From Andalucia godoyi And28 (taxonomy: Eukaryota > Protista > Jakobida): 64,000 nucleotides of DNA. This document shows, in pieces, positions 40,278-52,200 of this stretch (the first letter of the stretch is position 1; the number at the start of each line of letters is the position of its first letter). The notes under the pieces are model-generated. The model saw nothing but the letters and a program-made list of their open reading frames with translations. It was not told the DNA's origin and made no database searches. The DNA is taken from positions 71,494 to 135,493 of the forward strand of contig VRVR01000008.1 in assembly GCA_009859145.1 (NCBI GenBank), in the 5' to 3' direction. The position numbers and the translations under genes were made by a program.

Positions 40278-43200
40278 ATGGATAAGCTTTCGTCCTTTTT
40301 TGGTCTTCGAAGCAAGGCCAGATCAAAATCCACAGTTGATCCTCCGGAATATTTGACTTCCACACAAGGACAATCATCATCCTCTGCTACCTCTACTGCT
40401 GGTGTTGGTGGTGCCCAAGCGTCTTCGTCTGGTCAGTCATCTCAGCTATTTGTTCCAAAGCATCATCACGCACAAACACTTCCGTTAGAAAAGAAAAAAG
40501 GCAGGTCTGCGACGACTGCCCATGCCGATATCACAGCTGCGCTTTCGATGCAAAAGAAATGGCAAGAGTACTCGACGCTGAAGACCGAAGAGGACAGAAC
40601 GGAGAACCTGTCTGAATTGCTGCCGCTTTTCTGCTATTTATGTCCTACTTGCTCGGAAGACTCATTTGGGTCTATATTCGGAGATGGGAAGGTGATGGTA
40701 CAGATCGTATCGAGGCGTTTCATTGGAGAAGTATCCAAGCTGTCCATCCTTGCAGACGAGTGCTTTGCAGAGGGAAAGGGAAAATACACTCTGTTTCGAG
40801 CGATTGCCGGATTCGTAAGGACGCCGCAATCAGAAGAGTGGGATGATCCTGCTCCGAAAGGGATTTCCTCTCTCGGACTCGAGCTACTCGAAACGCTTTG
40901 TTGCTTGTCAAAGCGCGCGTCACTGGTTCCTCATATCTTAGACTGTGCGATTGTGCCGGCGCTTTCCAAATTGTTGGAGCTGTTGACGTCCTTGGCATTC
41001 CCCTTTTCCAACTGTATCACAAAATCAACTTCGGACACCCTGGCTGATTTTGCCCCGGAGACATTTCCTGCGTCCAATCCGTCGGATTGGATGTTGCTTT
41101 CCCAAGTTTGGGACTGGTCTGGCCGACATCTTCAAGTGCTAAATGCAATCAATGCGCTGGCAACGTCCATCTGTACCCACAACATCGGCATTACGGAAGT
41201 GCGAAAAACAGATTTTGTGTTGAGCGCATTTTCGATTGTTGTTTCTCGACCGATCTTGTACAAAACGGAAACCATTCCCGCATCAGCGGTGTCTATTTTG
41301 ATGAAGTCTTTCGTGGTTCTTCGCGATGTGAAAAGCCTGGTTCAGAACATGCTGATCGGGTGCTGCGTTGGGCCTCGAGCTGAAGTGGTGACAGACTACC
41401 TCCATCGCAAGCGGATTATGAACCTGATGGCGGGAGTGGCTAAAGTGTGGCTCTCTGATCCCGTGGTTCCGGTCCCACGCATTGCTTCAACAGGAGTGGT
41501 ATCGCTGGAAGTCCAGTTGTCTCTGATCATGACCTACTTTTGTCTCAAGGACGTCGAACTGTTGCTAGAATGTTCATTATCGATCGTGAAGGATTCCTTG
41601 CGGCGCACCCCGATATTGTTCCGAGATTTTGTCACGGCAGGTGCCTATGATGTCTGGTCACGAGTCCTGATTTCGAAGAATGAGTCCTTGGTTTTTATGG
41701 ACGATGACCTCTTTTCTCGAATCTTGGAGTACGCTGGGGACAGCATGGATTATGCTCAGTTCGTGGTAGACGATTCGTCACCTGCGCAACGAGGATCCCG
41801 CCTTTGCAACAAGATATTGGACTTGATTACCGAGTTTTCGTTCGTTGGCGAGTTGCCGATTGACCCCCCCAGAGACCTTGGGGACGATGGAGACATCGAT
41901 TTCATTTCTCGAACGGAGATCGCCTCCATTCCATCTGGAGCGCCCGCGAGCCCGCCCGGACCGTTAACGTCATTTGTCTCTCCCCTGGAACCCGGTTCTC
42001 CCACTGTTGCACGCCGTCTCAAGTCAATTGAAGGATTCAGCGTGCTTATCGAAATTTTCCAGAAATCGCAATCCGGAATGTTGCAAGAGCTGATACTGGA
42101 ACGCGTTTTGTATATCTTTGCAGTTCATCAGATGAACTACCGTGTTTTGCATCACGTTCACCCGATTGCCTCCATATTGAAGTGCATCGTGCAATTTCAG
42201 TTTGCTCATTCCGAGATGTTTCGAGATGAAACTGTTTCCGGAATCACGTCTTCTTCCATGGATGTGTGGAACGGTGCTGTGCAGGAATCTGCGCTCAAAC
42301 TCGTAGAGTATGTGGTTACGTCCTTGAGCATGGTTCCTTTTGAAGAACTCTGTGCAATGGCAACGCTTGTCCATTCCGACTCATTCGCAACACGTGCTCG
42401 TGTTCTCAAGACTCTTGTGAAACTGCTGTCTTTTGATCGCGCTTTTCAAAAAGCTGCTTCGCAGACCGGAATTGTTGCGGTTTTGGCCGACTTGTTCCCT
42501 GCCGATGCGTCTCGAATTCCTGCTGCCGATCCTTCTTTTTACATCTCTGTCTATTTCGAGTGCCTGACGTTGCTGCTGGATTCGAATCCGCTGACAGTGA
42601 AGGAGTTCCGAACACACGGTGGAGTGGAATCGATGTACCAAGCTTTGTCGTCTGTTGACTTGAGCTTTGCGCAATTGATCCGTCCTTCCGTCCTGCGTGT
42701 TTTCCATCGCCTAGTCTCACAAGACGCTCCCCAAAACGACACAGACGTGTCGTCATTGATTCAGCTGTTGAAGACATGTGCGGCTACAGAAGAGAGTGTC
42801 CATCTGCAAATTGATTTGTGTGATTCTCTGCGGCGCATGTTTGTTGTATCTTTCAGGACTCGAGAAGTGTTTCGTTCGAACTCTGGCTTCCCCGCTCTCT
42901 TGACTGTCATCAGGGGATGTGCGGAGTCGAATGAAGACGCAGACGTGCAGTTTCGCTTTCTTCGCTCGATCTTTAAAGTAATCGGTGGAGCGCTGCGCGA
43001 CTGTTTGAGAAATCGCATATTCTTTTCCTCCATCAATGGTGCCCCTGGCCTTGTTTCGGCGCTTCGCCGTGCGGGCTTTACGAAGACCACGGCGTCTGCT
43101 CGAAAATTAGTTCATGCACTGTTTGACTGCTCGTGTGTTTGGATGCCAAAAACGGCGGACAATCCTAGCTTGTCGAGCACGGCTCCCCATCCACGATTCG

Positions 43201-46200
43201 CTGACCCATTTGAGGCAAACGAATGGTCCGAACAAATGGAGTCACATATTTTGATGTGCTTGACATCGGACGATGTCGGGTTTCCCTCTAGTGCGGCGGA
43301 ATGGATGTCCTTGCCGTGGTCGGAAAATGATGCATCCGTATTTTCATCCATCAAGGATGGCCTCGGTTACCCGGTGCTTGTCCATTATGAATTCATTCAG
43401 GTGTTGATGGAGCTGTTGGATGATTTCTATTTCGATTCTGGTTTGCAGAACCTGATTTTACTGATGTTACGATTTATCGCAGAATCTTCTGTTAGGAACT
43501 TGGAAGCTCTGTGCCCGACGTCCGCAGTAATGGAAAAGTATCTGCAGGTTGCTACGGCGCAAGCTGAACCAAAATTGCGCAGCTTGCCGAAATCCGATGA
43601 AGATTCTGACGACGGTGACGATTACGACGTCTCAGGTGTCCCACTTCAGACTCCGGAATCGAACTCCGTGGAAAACAGCAGACCGCTTTCTTTGTCCGTG
43701 GATCTCCCTACCATTATTTTGTCGTCGTTTTCGCATGTATTGGTAGATATTCTGCACCCCCTTTCCAGGCACATGTATTCGTTGTTGTTGTCATGCGGTA
43801 GCTACAGGATGTCTCCGGATGCGCTGCTTCGCCTGCTTCGTTTGGTGATACCCCTTCGTTCTGCTTCCTCGACCCTTGTCGCCTCGGATATTCTCGCAGA
43901 CCTTTCCGTGTTCGCCTTTAGTGAGCTTAGTTTCTTTCATTTGCAAAGGGAGCCGTTTGAGTCGGCGAACACACCCTTCAGTCGCTGCCCGCATCTCATT
44001 GTGCTGCTCCGATCTCTCATTCGCTCCGATCATGTCCTCCCTCCGTTTGTCGCAGTTAACCCGCATTCGTGCATTTCTGTAGGTGATCTGAGTTTTCAAG
44101 TTTCCAATGCATATGCAGAAGCATCCATCGAAGGCGCATCGGATCCTATTTTCAAGCACCCTGTTACCTTTTCGGATGCCTCTCTATCGGAATGCTTGTC
44201 GTTCGATCCGTTCGTTAGCTACTGGGGGCTTTTTGTACCTCAGCAGCAAAATGCCGGGCAGCAACAGTCCCAGACTCAAGGTCAATTGGAAGTTGCAGTG
44301 GAAAGTGTGATTCGACAGGACTTGAACGAGACGCCCGCTGAGCCCGTATCATCTGCCCTTCCGTTTCCTTCTTCAATCGGCTATTCCTTTGTTTGCTGGT
44401 TCCAGCCCGCAAAAATCCGGTCGCAGTGTGTCCTTTTCTCGGCGTTTAGCGATGATAAGAAAACGTTTCTGGCTGTTGGGGTCAAGGAAGACGGTAGAAT
44501 AGTTATTTCGACTTCGTCTGTGAAGTCGAAGTCTGCGGTCGTGTTTAACTATGTAATCTCCCTTTCCGAAGAGCATGATTTCGTTCATTTGGGCATTACG
44601 CACCAAAAACACCGTTTCCAGACATCAGTGGCATCCCTGTTTATCAATGGCCGCCTGGTTGATTCTCAGAAGGTCTCGTATCCTGCTGCTGCTGAAAAAT
44701 CGCCTCTGAAAGCGTATCTGGGAGTCGTTCGACCTCCAATGAAAGCCACGGGTGACGACGACTTTCTGTATGGGCATTTCTCGAATGTTGCATCCAGCTT
44801 TTCTGATGATACAATGGAATGGAGAATTGGGTCGTCACTGCTTGTGAACGACATTCTGACTGCACCGCAATTTCTGAGTTTGTACTTTGTTGGGCCGCGC
44901 TATGCCGGGTATTTGCAAGGAAAACTGTTCCCAGAGTGGGATTTGCTCAGCTCAGATTACCTATACACCAACATACTGTCTTTACTGGAAGAGTCTGCAA
45001 AAGATGGCGGTTTCAATTTCAAGGATTTCGTTCGAGATGTGGCCTTGCAGCTGCAAGTATTCAACGTTTCGAACGACAAGATTGCATTTGCGTTCAACCC
45101 TTCGTCTCATGTGACCTTGATCGGAGAGCAGCGCGCACCAACCTCCCCTCAGCTTGTGCACGACTTGATGGAAGTGCGAAATGTGGAATCGACACTGCCT
45201 GATTCTACGGGTTTGCACAACTTGAGCTCGAGTCCAGGTGTTCATGGTCCGTTTGCTTCCCTCGAGGGAGCGTCGGCATACGTGGTTTGTCCAAAACTAG
45301 TTGTCTCTCTCTTCCGTGGAGTTGGCGGCCTTCCGTGCATTCTTGGCCTGATTGATATGGCGACAGATACCGAGAGTTTTGCGATTTCCTGGGAACTTCT
45401 TGCCAAGGCACTGCTGGCCAGTTCGAGGATGGTCAAAGAATTGGAACGCCTCCATGGGTATGAACAGCTGTATTGCATCATGAAGAAGCGGCCGGAGTTG
45501 TTTTCGGAAAGAAGCTTCGAGGCTTTGTGGAGCATTGTTGTTTCTAAGCACCCTGCTCGGCAGAAACAGACGGTAGTGCTGGCAAACGTTAAGGCATTTC
45601 GATCGTGGTTTTCGGATTGGTCTGTCTGGAATTGCATGTCCAAGCATGTACAATTCCTGGTGTTGGAGAAGTTTGGTGGGTGTCTCGCATCCCCCAATAA
45701 TCCTTTCGCAGCTCTGAATGCTTCAAGGATGAGAAAGGGCAAGGTGTTTATGTCTCTCCTGCGGGCTGTCTTGAAAGATGCCTCTTTAGATATCGTTGCC
45801 CTCATGTCTGACATTCTGAAAAAATTGCTGTTGTTGTCGGGAGATGCCGCAGATGTGGAAAGACTCTGTGCCGCGATTTCGGATACTCTAGGCGCCGAGG
45901 AAATGATTTTTGGTACTTCAGGGGGCTTCTCTTCCGTATTCCGCAAATCCTTGCGTCGGTCTGCTTCCGCCGTGTCTGCCGCTCGGTCTGATGAGAATCA
46001 GAAATTGGACGACGCCGAAGACGATGAGGAGTTTTCTGTAATGGTAGTGGACGACGACAGTCAAATTGCTGTTCCTGAAGATACGGATGAGATCCAGTCA
46101 CCCGTCCAAATGCCTCCCAAAGCGTCTGCTGATTTTGATGTCGAGGATCCGGATGTAGAAGTCCTTCCTTCCGCAGTTACTGAAGAAGAGAAGCAAAAGG

Positions 46201-49200
46201 CAGTCATGGCGATTGCTGTTCGTAATATGCTGCTTCAAGTGGTTGTCAGCTTGTCGGGAATGCAATCTTCATTATCATCAACGTTTGCCGAAGCCTCTCC
46301 GTCAGACTTGGTATCCAAAGTAATTGATGTTCGCTGGATATCTTCCGTTCTGCATGGAGGTGAACCATGCGTTTCTCCGTTGGCGCGCAATGCAGCATCT
46401 GCATTGCTTGCGAACAGCGTCAGTCTGTATTCACTTATTTTCGATGAAAGCGTCTATGGAGATGCATCGAAGGTGCATCCTGTCACGGTAATACTTGTGT
46501 GTCGCCTGTGTTCGTTTTTGTTTGCAAAGCAGCCCGCTTGGGTGTCTCGCTTTCGCACGTCTTTTGGTTTCGACGTGATTCGTCGATCTCTGCGGTTTTA
46601 CTGTAATCAGCCAGAGCTGTTCGAAGTCTTGCAGCATTGGAGTGGAGATGGTTCGATGCCGTTGGTAGCAGAACCGTTCAATGTTTTGCTGTGGTTGCTA
46701 GTTCGCTGCGCGAGTCCGGACTGTCGCCCATTTTTCAGCGCGATCAGTTCGAAAGACTACTTTGGTTCACTCGGTTTGCGACCTCAGAGGCATAACCGAG
46801 AACGTTCTGGAAGTACCGCCGCAGATGTAGGTGAAAGGCTGTATACCTCTGCAGCGTCTGCCTGGGATGCGCCGCTCCTGGGGTCCCTTTCTTTGCAGAA
46901 CGATTATTTGCCCGACGAAAGTATGATGCACCATGCCCTCGATGCCTTGCTGAAAAACTTTGACGCAAGCGAAGCGTTTCGAGTGGAACTGAAGAAAGAG
47001 GAGTCCTGCGATGCGCTCGTGCATTTCCTTGTGAGTTCCTTGAGGCAGTATCTCAAAGTCTGCGGTGCCGTTGTCCTCTCTTCAAAAGACGATAAGTCTC
47101 TCCTTGCCAAAGCCCTTGACGAATTTGGAAAGCTTCCTCTTCCAAGACATATCTTGGAGCTGTGGGTCCGAGTGTCTGTGGATAGCATGGAAACTGTTCA
47201 GAAGGGCCCCTTATTGTTCGAGCACCTCTCGGATCGACTGCCTGCCATGTATAACGAGCAATGCAATTTGGCTTTCCAGATTCCGTCCAAGTTCCGCGAC
47301 ATACGCACGACACCAGGAGCAGATACGCTGGTTGAATCTGTGATGTACGTGCAAACTGCATTTGTTTTCAGTATCATGCTCTTCGCGAGAAAGGTGCAGT
47401 TTTCTCCCGGCCCTCCGGTTCCCCATTCCTCCATTGCTTCTTGCATATTCCCGGTCGCGAGAACTCGGCAGACACTACGGAACTCGTCAGCCTCGTCGCC
47501 GTTGTCTGCGGTGCTATGTATTGACAATCCACGGTTGTCCGTGAATCTTGCGCGGTTTGCAATGTGGAGTGTGGAAAGGAGAGCATGTGGCTGGCTGACG
47601 GCGCAAACAGCACAGGATCACGTGGAATTCTTGATAGAGTCTATCATTTCTGTCGAAGGTCTGGAAGGCATTAATTCCGTCCGCACTAATCCGCTTGTCC
47701 TTCCTGTCTTGTACCGAGCGCTGAACAGATTGTATGTCCTTCTCTTGCACGCCATTGCAGTCAACAGCCATCCCAAACTGAGTCCTGTAACGTTTGCGGT
47801 TCCTGCGAACTATTCATCGTTGTCGTTGTCTCAGTTGACCTCCTTTATCTCGGACTCTTCTCAGGAATCGCTGAAGAAAGTTTTGACCATGCTGGTGACA
47901 CATGCCTCTGTCCTCTTGTCAACTGCAAACGTTGAAGATGATTTCATATTGGCTGTTGCGTACCTGGTTTTCCCTCATTTACGACACGTGGAAAGTGCAG
48001 TGCGCAAGCTCGCTTCAGAGATTTTCGCTCTGATTTACAATGCTCGTCGTGCTGTTCTGTCACAGGCTTTGATTGTCAACACGTCCCCTCAGAATAATCA
48101 GCAGCTTTCGGAGAAGGAGCAACAGCTGGTGGCCCTTGCAGGCACCAATTCTGTGAACTTGAATTCGTTCCAAACCGGAGGGTTTTCATTTTTGGACGTG
48201 CGTGATTGGTCGAATTTTCTGTTGTGGTTCGCGGACAATGAGAAACTGATTCAGATGGTTTTCGAGATCAACATGGAAAAGGCTTTCAAGGCGTTTTGTT
48301 CAGGCACTCTGGATAAAAGTGTAAGCGTTTTCACGAAGTCTTCTGAGCTCAAAATTGCAGAAGACAAGCGGAAATCCCAGAAGAGGCTGCGTTCCATTTC
48401 GAAAACGATTGATGCTATCAATGAGAAATCGCTTCTGCAGCTGGAATCTCTGAGCATGCAATTTTCAATTCGAAGAAAGAAGCTTGCTCAACTGGATCAC
48501 CATCGCTTCACTGTCGGTAACGCGACTGGAGATCGGCTGAATACGTATCTATTCCACGACGGCGGTATCTGGGTCGATTCCTCGACACTTCCTCGATATA
48601 GATTGGATTTTATTGAAGGTCCTCAAAGAATGCGCCGGAAAATGTTCAGAATGGATGATCCGGTACTCTCTGCGTCCATTTCCGGGCCTGTCAGTGAGGG
48701 TGATGCAAAAGTCGGAATCGAGTCGCCGTTGATCAAGGATGCGCATGAGCATGGTCAAATGGTTGGTGAGAACGTGTCCTTCGATCTTCCTGTGCCGGAT
48801 GCTGACTTGAACTCGCTTGGACTCAAAAGCTCGTCAGATCTGTTGACGTTAGCGCGGTACATTGTCGCTGGTGACAAACCGCAGGCAATCTTCAACTCTG
48901 CAAGATTGGTCGGTCTCGAAGCATGCCCGTGCGTTGTCGTGTTGGGCCAGAATTCGTTTTACGTTATTGATCATCTGTGGATTTCGGAAGGTCAGCTCCG
49001 CACCGTTCTAGGTTCTCTGGAAACTGTGTTTGTACGTCCTGGAAACCAGCGTCTGGATGCAAGGACAACCACATCAAGTTACTCGTCGTCAATGCGGCAT
49101 GTAGTTCGTTCGTGGACATTCTCCGATATCAAAGAGGTGCATCGGCGCTTGTATTTGCAACAACCGGTCGGTCTGGAAATGTTCTTTTCGGACGGCTTGA

Positions 49201-52200
49201 ACTACCTTCTCATCTTTGATCGAAGTGATCGCAACCTTTTATTCCAGAAAATTACGTCAAGAAGTGTTGCTTCTCCTGCATTACTCCAATCCATCAGCAT
49301 TGCGAATGATATTATGACGTCATTGGAGCACTACGGGGATGCGAGGAAGCTGCGTGCAACGCAAAAATGGCAGAAAGGTGAGTTGTCAAATTTCCACTAT
49401 CTCATGTTCTTGAACTCGCTGGCCGGCAGGACGTACAACGATCTCACGCAGTATCCTGTGGTACCGTGGGTGCTTCGGGATTTCCATTCTGCGAAACTGG
49501 ACTTGTCAGACGCCAAAGTCTACCGAGATCTTTCGAAGCCCATGGGTGGCCAAACGATGAAAAGGGCTGCGGAGTTTCAGTCTCGATTCGAGAACTGGGA
49601 TGATCCATCCGGGGAGGTTCCCAAGTTCCATTACGGTTCTCATTACTCGTCAGCTGGAATTGTGCTGTACTATCTGATTCGGATGGAGCCGTTCTCGACT
49701 CAGAACATTCGATTGCAAGGAGGAAGATTTGATCACGCGGACAGGCAATTTCATTCGATTGCGGACACCTGGATATCTGCGTCAGAAACAAACATGTCGG
49801 ACGTCAAGGAAATGATCCCCGAGTTTTACTACCTTCCAGAATTTTTGGAGAATCGAAACAAACTCAATTTCGGCATGAAACAGACAGGGGTCAAACTCGA
49901 TAATGTCATTTTGCCTCCTTGGGCTGGCGGCGATGCGGGAGAATTTGTGCGCCGTCATCGACAGGCGTTAGAGAGTGAGTATGTGTCAGCACACTTGCAT
50001 GAATGGATCGACTTGATTTTCGGTTACAAACAACGAGGACCGGCAGCTGAGGAGTCGCTGAACGTCTTCTACCACTTGACATACGAAGGCGCTGTCAAGT
50101 TTGATGAAATCGAGGACCCTGTTCGTCGCGAGGCCACGATTGCGCAGATCAACAACTTTGGGCAAACCCCGCGACAGTTGTTTACAAAACCGCATCCTTC
50201 TCGATTCACAACCGCCTCAGCGCCCCCTGCTGGAGTTGCCCATGTTTCGAGTTCTGAAGACGTCACATCCTTGTCAACGAAAAAAGAGATTGTGGAACGA
50301 GAGGAAAGTCCAGTGACGATGCATTTGCGGCACGAATCCTCTGCAGAAGAGGAGTCCGTGGAAGTGACGGTGACGATTCGAAAATCAAGGACGTCTTTCC
50401 AGACCACTGGTATTTCTCACCTGCCAACGGGTTCGGTTTCTACGGTTACCACAACGTCGACCACCAACTCCGTCGCCGAATTTGTGCTGGAAATGGATTC
50501 CCGCAAAGGAAGTCCTTACTCGGATTTTTCTGTTCCTGTTGCGGAGACCACGTGGAATCAGGTGGTTGCCACTGCGGTTAACGACCTAGCAGAACCTTCT
50601 TCAACCTCAAGTTCCAGAGTAGTCGTGCACGTTGTGCCTTCTTACATTGCGTCCATCACGCAAGCCCAAATATCGGCTCGGTACACGGTGTACACGCATC
50701 CAGAAATTCTTGTTCCGTCGTCCTACAAGATCGGCACGCCTTTGTGGCTCATTCATCCGGGCATCGCGGTGACGGTCTCGCGGTTCATGTCCTCCAGTCT
50801 GTCGAATTCGCCGAGTCTTGCTTCAGACTTGCATGGGTCACTAATATGCTCATCTGAAGACATGGTTAGCGGGCAATATCTGCATTGGATATCCCAAGCG
50901 CCACCGTCGTCGGCAGAACAGAATTCCGCGTCTTCGACCGCCGGATCGTTATCGGGGCCAGCTTTGCTTGCCACGAATCCGCTACTGATCGGCCAAGCCA
51001 TTGTAGGAGGTGTGCAGTCCTTGATGCGAGGACATACAAACTCTTCTCCATCTCTGGTGTCGGCTACGGTGCCGTCTCAAAACTCATCCAAAGATCTGGT
51101 TGCCCAGTCGCAAACGGGCAAAGTACCAACTCCTGTTGGCTCCCGATCTCAATCCCCTGAACTGGTTGTGGCGCCAGAGGATGACTTGGGCACACTCCCG
51201 CTGTCCGGTCAGCACTCTTCTGCTGGTGGCATTGTTTACGATCCGACGGCGGGGCCGAGCGCTTCTGATCGAGTGGCAGTAATTTGCGGACAACGCCTTT
51301 TCCTTCCTCCGTCGTGCAGGAAGTATCTGATGTGGGGCTTTGCTGACCGGTCTTTGCGGTGCTACAGCTGTGATGAACGCGGCGACCGCCCTATCGGTAT
51401 CTATGAAGCTCTTCACGACGGCTCAATCACTTGCGGTTTTGTTTCCGATGATGGGAAGCTTCTTGTTCTTGCTGGGGATGACGGCGTTGTGAGTGTGTGG
51501 GATCTGATCAAGATCAAGCACAGTAGGCGACTGGAGCTGAAAGAAAGGCTGTGTGGTCATACGAAGCCGATTGCTTGTCTTGCAGTATCCATTCCCCAAG
51601 GCATTATGGTTTCTGGTTCCATTGATGGAACTTGCATTATTTGGGACCTGAATCGATTGTGTTTCTTCCGCAGGCTTTGCGGACTTCCGTCGGCGGTGCA
51701 TGCCATCGCTGTTCATGATTTAACGGGAGACGTTGTCGTGTGCGCTGGAACGCGCATTCATGTTTACACAGTCAACGGAGACGTTGTTGTGGAGAAGACG
51801 ATTTCAGAAAGACCGAAGGACTCGATTCGCTCCCTGGCAATCACATACGCTCCAGAGTGGGTTGAAAACAACGTTATCATCACTGGCCATCGGGATGGTT
51901 CCATTCGCTTCTGGAGTATTCAGTATTCAAACATTGTGACTTCAACCACTACCGTGTCTGTAACGTCTGAGAAGTCTGAGAAACAATCCGTTGCATCGGT
52001 GATTCTGCCTCCACTGCCGTCATTGTCAACAGATTTGAAGGTCGTCGACCATCCTGAATCCACCGAAAATGCCGAGAGGGTCGTGGATGCGTCAACGCTG
52101 CCAACCTCTGCACAGCTTGAGGAAACACCCGGCGACGTGCAGGACGTGATTGCATTGTCGACGGAAGCGGGTACTGAGACGGAAGAGACGGCAGCGAATT